The notes under the pieces are model-generated. The model was given only the letters and a program-made list of their open reading frames with translations, searched no databases and was not told where the DNA came from. The translations under genes and the position numbers were made by a program. DNA of 64,000 nt, from contig OY843584.1 of the NCBI GenBank assembly GCA_963692915.1, positions 704,001-768,000 of the forward strand, in the 5' to 3' direction. Positions 59,236 to 64,000 of the stretch are shown here, piece by piece. How positions within the stretch are numbered: the first letter of the stretch is position 1; each line of letters begins with the position of its first letter. The stretch is from Cenarchaeum sp. (GTDB lineage: Archaea; Thermoproteota; Nitrososphaeria; Nitrososphaerales; Nitrosopumilaceae).

Positions 59236-59609
59236 GCACCGTATCGAGCCACTATCTCCTTTAGCTTGTTGACAATCTCAAACTTGCGTGTGACTGACGT
59301 CTCGGGCTCGACGGTCACAAATATCGTATGCTCTCTCGAGTAGATGACTAGTTGCGTGACGCGCTCGCGCTCCACATGGACAAAGCGAACCTTGCCGAGC
59401 GTATCGTCAAATCCCTCGCGCATGCGCCGCCTCTCGGCAATCTGGTGGCAAAAGTGCTCATCCTCACGCTGCGTGGCAAGTGATGACTTTTCCTCCTTCA
59501 TGATCCCCTCGACTATGTCACCGTCGAGCCCTATTATGCCCACAAAGCGCATCGAGTCATCCATAGCCACGATCTCCTCGGCCATTTGCTGAAGGTCAAT
59601 CTCGGCCAT
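59232..59609 (-). CDS. Roadblock/DUF6659-like thaumarchaeal protein
   Basis: MRFVGII...GKVRFVHVERERV pattern. Confidence 0.65.
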   Translation of the reverse strand: MAEIDLQQMAEEIVAMDDSMRFVGIIGLDGDIVEGIMKEEKSSLATQREDEHFCHQIAERRRMREGFDDTLGKVRFVHVERERVTQLVIYSREHTIFVTVEPETSVTRKFEIVNKLKEIVARYGA

Positions 59610-59638
59610 CGCCCACAGCCGTGCAGAACCCGAATATA

Positions 59639-59896
59639 TTATTTAGTGGCGTGTGTGGTCCAGATGTCACCGAGGAGACCTCGCACAAACGCGTCAAACT
59701 CGTCATCAGAGAACGTGACAGTCTCGCAACCGTCACCAAGAGCAGCTCCCACATGAGCACACTCTGAGCCCCTAAAGTGAAATGACTCGCACGAGCACAC
59801 GCGCATGTCAGGATCAACCCAGTGCTCACCACCACGGCCAACGACGGTGAACACGCGCCGTCCGCTAGGCACAAAGGCGTGAACCTTTGCGCTCAT
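59639..59896 (-). CDS. SWIM zinc-finger protein
   Basis: CSCESF...CAH. Confidence 0.75.
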   Translation of the reverse strand: MSAKVHAFVPSGRRVFTVVGRGGEHWVDPDMRVCSCESFHFRGSECAHVGAALGDGCETVTFSDDEFDAFVRGLLGDIWTTHATK

Positions 59897-59952
59897 GCTG
59901 CTTACCTCCACAAGGGTTTAATCAGATAACTGGCGTATAACCCTACCGTACA

Positions 59953-60714
59953 ATGGCGACAGCGACGGCCGTGGTTCCCGAGGCAGCCCTCTTAGTCGAG
60001 GAGGGTGCCGAACGCACGCTCGCAGTTGCCGACGTGCACGTTGGCTTTGAGGCCATGATGGCCGTCAGGGGAGTGCGCATGAAAAGCGAAGGATCTGCAC
60101 GTGAGATGGCCGAGGCGATTGCGCGCGTTGCCACTAGCGCACGCGCCACACGGATTGCGCTCCTAGGCGACACAAAGGCCGGCACGTCGCGCATAGCAAG
60201 CCAGGAGTGGGACACCGTGCCGGCGTTCCTCTCGCGCCTCGCCGATGCGGCCGAGACTGTGGTCATACCCGGCAACCACGATGCCGGAATTGCGCATCTC
60301 CTGCCTGATGGCGTCTCAATGTCTGCACCATCCGGAATTGTCATCGGTGACACACTCCTTACGCATGGCCACGCCATGCCGTCCGGAAACCTTGGCGGCG
60401 TCTCACGAATTGTCATGGGACATGCGCACCCTGTGGTTCGTGACGCATCATCGGTTCTTGGTGGGCAGCGCGTCTGGGCATCAATGGTCATCGAGCGCGA
60501 CTGCGTCTTTGCATCATACAGGGGAACCCTCGAGGTAACCATAGTGCCATCGTTTAACCGCTATATCGCCGCACCACCGGGGCGCGCAACAGGGCGCGCG
60601 CGCTCACCGATACTCGAGCGCGCGAGGCGCGGGGTCATCTCGGCCAAGGTCATCACGCTTGACGGTGCCATACTTGACGATGGGCCATCAGCGCTCGACG
60701 GTGTCATCTGGTAG
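59953..60714 (+). CDS. Metallophosphoesterase
   Basis: ADVHVG, LGD, GNHD, THGH, GHAHP, PSFN. Confidence 0.88.
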   Translation: MATATAVVPEAALLVEEGAERTLAVADVHVGFEAMMAVRGVRMKSEGSAREMAEAIARVATSARATRIALLGDTKAGTSRIASQEWDTVPAFLSRLADAAETVVIPGNHDAGIAHLLPDGVSMSAPSGIVIGDTLLTHGHAMPSGNLGGVSRIVMGHAHPVVRDASSVLGGQRVWASMVIERDCVFASYRGTLEVTIVPSFNRYIAAPPGRATGRARSPILERARRGVISAKVITLDGAILDDGPSALDGVIW

Positions 60715-63700
60715 AGCGTCATATGGCTCTAGCGCGTGGCGTGTCGTCCTGTTTGAACGGAGCCACTCTAGCGTCTTAACAAACGACTCGGCAAGCTCGG
60801 GGGTTGTAAGAACCGGTATGCCAAGCTCTGTTGCCTTGCGTCGTATCTGGTATTCGTCATAGAGCATGCCGACATATTTTTCCATCGTTGATGTGCTAGG
60901 GATGTTTATGATAAAGCTGATCTTGCGCTCATAAAGAAGATCCGCTATGTTGGGCTTGCGGTCAGGCTCGCTTATCTTGTGAACAGTTCCGACGTCACTC
61001 ATGCGTCCTCGCAAAAACTCGGCTGTGTGCTCTGTTGCGAGTATGTCAAATCCAAGATCTCCAAGGCGTGCGATGGTGCGCATGAGGCGCTCACGGTTGT
61101 GCTCGCCACCGATCGTGACTAGAGCCGTGCCCGAGGCAGGCAGGTTGTATCCCACCGACGTGAGGGCCTTTGAGAGTGCATCATAAAAGCTCGTTCCAAA
61201 GCATGCGGCCTCTCCAGTGGACTGCATCTCGACGCCGAGCACGATGTCGGCCCCATCAAGCTGCATAAAGGAGAACTGCGGGGCCTTTATGCCGTGTGTG
61301 TTGGCCGGCACGCCTGCGCCGGGGAGCGACTCGGGCACGCGGTTTCCGAGTATCGCCGAGGCGGCCATCTCGATCAGGTTTGTTCTTGTGAGCTTTGAGA
61401 CAAACGGCATTGAGCGCGACGCGCGGATGTTGAGCTCGATGACATAGGGCACTCCCTCGTGGATAAGGAACTGGAGGTTAAACGGGCCGCGCACATTAAA
61501 CTCTGGAACGATGCTGCGCGTATAGCCTTCGATCGCCTCGATCGTGCTGGATCCGAGGCGCCATGGCGGTATGCACATCATCGCATCACCCGAGTGGACT
61601 CCCGCACTGTCAATGTGCTCGACTATGGCGCCGATAAAGACGTGCTCGCCATCGCACACGCCATCAACGTCGACCTCCAGAGAGTTGAGCATGAACTTGG
61701 ATATGACAACAGGGTGGTCCGGTGAGAGTGTCGTGGCGTCGCGTATATAGGAGCTCAGCTCACTCTGTGACCAAACCACCCTCATCGCCGCGCCGCTAAG
61801 CACGTACGATGGCCGGACAATTACAGGGTACCCGACGCGCTGCGCGAACGTGCGCGCCTCGTCCATGCTCGAGAACGCCTGCCAGGGCGGCTGCTTTATG
61901 TGGAGCGAGTCAAGTATGCCGCTAAACGTCGAGCGGTTCTCGGCCCTGTCAATGTCAGTTGCCGCTGTGCCGAGTATGTGCACGCCGCGCTCGGCGAGGC
62001 TTGGTGTCAGGTTGTTTGCGGTCTGTCCACCGACGCAGGTGACCGTGCCTCGCGGTGACTCAAAGTCCGATATGTCAAGTATTCGCTCAAGCGTGAGCTC
62101 CTCAAAGTAGAGCCGGTTGCAGATGTCATAGTCAGTCGACACTGTTTCAGGGTTGCAGTTGACCAGGGCGATCTCGGTGTCTGGCTGCGCAAGTCCCCAA
62201 ACCATGTTTACCGTGCCCCAGTCAAACTCGACGCTACTGCCAATGCGGTAGGGGCCGGCACCCAATATGACGATACTGGAGGAATTGCGCGGCGACTCTA
62301 TGTCATCCGAGTCGCCACCGTACGTCATGTAGAGATAGTTAGTCTGGGCAGGCCATTCGGCGGCAAGCGTGTCTATCTGCTTTACGCACGGCACAATTCC
62401 CATGCGCTTTCTCTCCTCGCGGATGCTGTCAGGAGACGAGTTTTGAGCGCGTGCGACTTGCGCATCAGAGAAGCCCAGACGCTTTGCGCGCCGGAGGGAC
62501 TTGGCCTCAAGCGAGTCGCGTCCCAGGCCATCTGCAACGCCGACGATATTGCGCACCTTTTCTACAAACCACTCGTCAATGTATGACAGGCGCGTTATCT
62601 TTTCAGTGTCCATTCCTGCACTGATTGCGCGCGCTACCCAGTAGAGTATCATGTCATCGGGCCTGCGCAGGGCGTGCTCTATGGCCTCCTCATCAGCAGA
62701 CGTCACGTCGTTGCGGTTTAAGACGAGTCCGTCAAGTCCCGTGTCAAGCATGCGTATGGACTTTTGGAGTGCCTCCTCAAACGTACGCCCTATGCCCATG
62801 ACCTCGCCGACTGACTTCATTGTCGGTCCCAAGTTACGCTCGGCGAGCTCAAACTTTGCAAAGTCCCAGCGCGGATGTTTGCAGACGACATAGTCAAGCG
62901 AGGGCTCAAAACACGCAGTAGTCGACTTTGTTATGCGGTTTGCAAGCTCGGGTAGTGAGTATCCAAGGCCGATCTTGGCTGACATGTACGCCAAGGGGTA
63001 TCCCGTGGCCTTGCTCGCAAGAGCCGATGAGCGCGACAGGCGCGGGTTTACCTCAATGGCCGCATGTCGACCCGTACGCGGATCGAGGGCAAACTGGATG
63101 TTGCACTCGCCGATGATCCCCACATGCGACGTTGCTCTCAGTGACGCAGACCGGAGCGTGTGATACTCAGTGTTGTCTATGGTCTGCGATGGGGCAACTA
63201 CAATGTTGTCACCAGTGTGAACTCGCATCGAGAGGACATTCTCCATGTTGCACACGATGACGCTGTTCTTAAGGGAGTCTCGCATGACCTCGTACTCTAT
63301 CTGCTTCCAGTCCCCGACGTACTCCTCTATGAGAACCTGCCCGACGAGGCTTGCGGCCATCCCACGACCCACGATCTCGTGGAGCTCGATCTCGTTGCGT
63401 GCCACACCGCCGCCCTTGCCGCCAAGCGTGTACGCCACACGCACGATAACGGGATAGCCGATCTCGGCGGCGGCCTCGTGCGCTGCCTCAAACGTCGTGA
63501 CCGTGTGGCTGCGCAACATGGGCACGCCACACTCGCGCATCGACTCCTTGAAGAGGCGTCGATCCTCGGTTCGGCGTATCCCGTCGACCTGCGTGCCAAG
63601 GACGCGAACCGAGTACTTTGAGAGCACGCCGGACTCGTCGAGGCCAACGCCACAGTTGAGCGACGTCTGGCCGCCGTAGGCGAGCATGAGCGCATCAGGC

Positions 63701-63965
63701 CTCTCGGACTCGATTATTGACGTCACATACTCGGCGTTGACCGGAAGGAGGTACACGCGATCCGCAAAGCGCGTGTCAGTCTGTATGGTCGCCACGTTTG
63801 GGTTAACAAGGACGCTCTTTACGCCCTCTTCCCTGATCGCCTTTAGGCACTGGCTTCCGGAGTAGTCGAATTGGCGGCCGTTTTGCGGCTCTCGCCGGCT
63901 TCTCCGATCTTTATTGCCCCGCTTCCGAGGACCAGTATCTTACGTGGCGACTCGCGCCTAGCCAG
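60688..63965 (-). CDS. carB: Carbamoyl-phosphate synthase large chain, split as exon1 63891-63965 + exon2 60688-63870; CTG start
   Basis: KILVLGSGAIKIGEAGE | FDYSGSQC..NPNVATIQTD; HTGD, NPRLSRSSALASKATGYP, IGSSVEFD, RPSYVLSG, RASRS; joined frame gives 1085 aa. Confidence 0.95.
63871..63890 (-). other. Putative 20-nt BHB-type intron in carB
   Basis: mRNA GGCG-AG^A-GCCG(CAAAA)CGGC-CGCC-AA^U; removal restores the frame and the conserved motif. Confidence 0.8.
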
Positions 63966-64000
63966 GCGTTACCTCCCCCATAAGGCGCGAGAGCTCGTCA
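63958..64000 (-). CDS. carA: 3' end of an upstream gene, probably carbamoyl-phosphate synthase small chain (partial)
   Basis: ...DELSRLMGEVTPG* overlapping the carB start; identity inferred from position only. Confidence 0.55.
   Translation of the reverse strand, partial: DELSRLMGEVTPG

Noticed and set aside
60688-63795. ORF-track carB starting at MATIQTD, or carB as a pseudogene
   Set aside because: The conserved N-terminus is intact upstream in another frame and the break coincides exactly with a BHB motif; the rest of the gene shows no decay

Overview
High-GC archaeal chromosome segment from an ammonia-oxidising Thaumarchaeote (Nitrosopumilaceae/Cenarchaeum-like by gene content and order; a host-associated lineage is plausible but only inferred). 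It is mostly core genes: hisS, aIF6, tRNA-Ser(UGA), rfcS/GINS/MCM/Hel308, ilvE, rpoP/rps10/EF-1a, FBP aldolase/phosphatase, DNA ligase, tRNA-splicing endonuclease, TBP, cofGH, ilvD, aRF1, cbtBA, DHS, eS25, rpoK, menA, a SUF Fe-S cluster, hemL-hemC-cobA-hemD and carB. Small lower-GC defence-like inserts interrupt them: an AbiEi/AbiEii pair, two Panacea/YwgA-like genes and an Mrr-type nuclease. The main finding is a 20-nt frame-breaking insert in carB (63871-63890). It folds into a bulge-helix-bulge motif whose predicted cut sites exactly restore the conserved GEAGE|FDYSG sequence, making it a candidate mRNA intron spliced by the tRNA-splicing endonuclease. Also notable are probable CTG start codons for carB and hemC and an unassigned, highly structured ~200-nt RNA candidate at 47627-47819.
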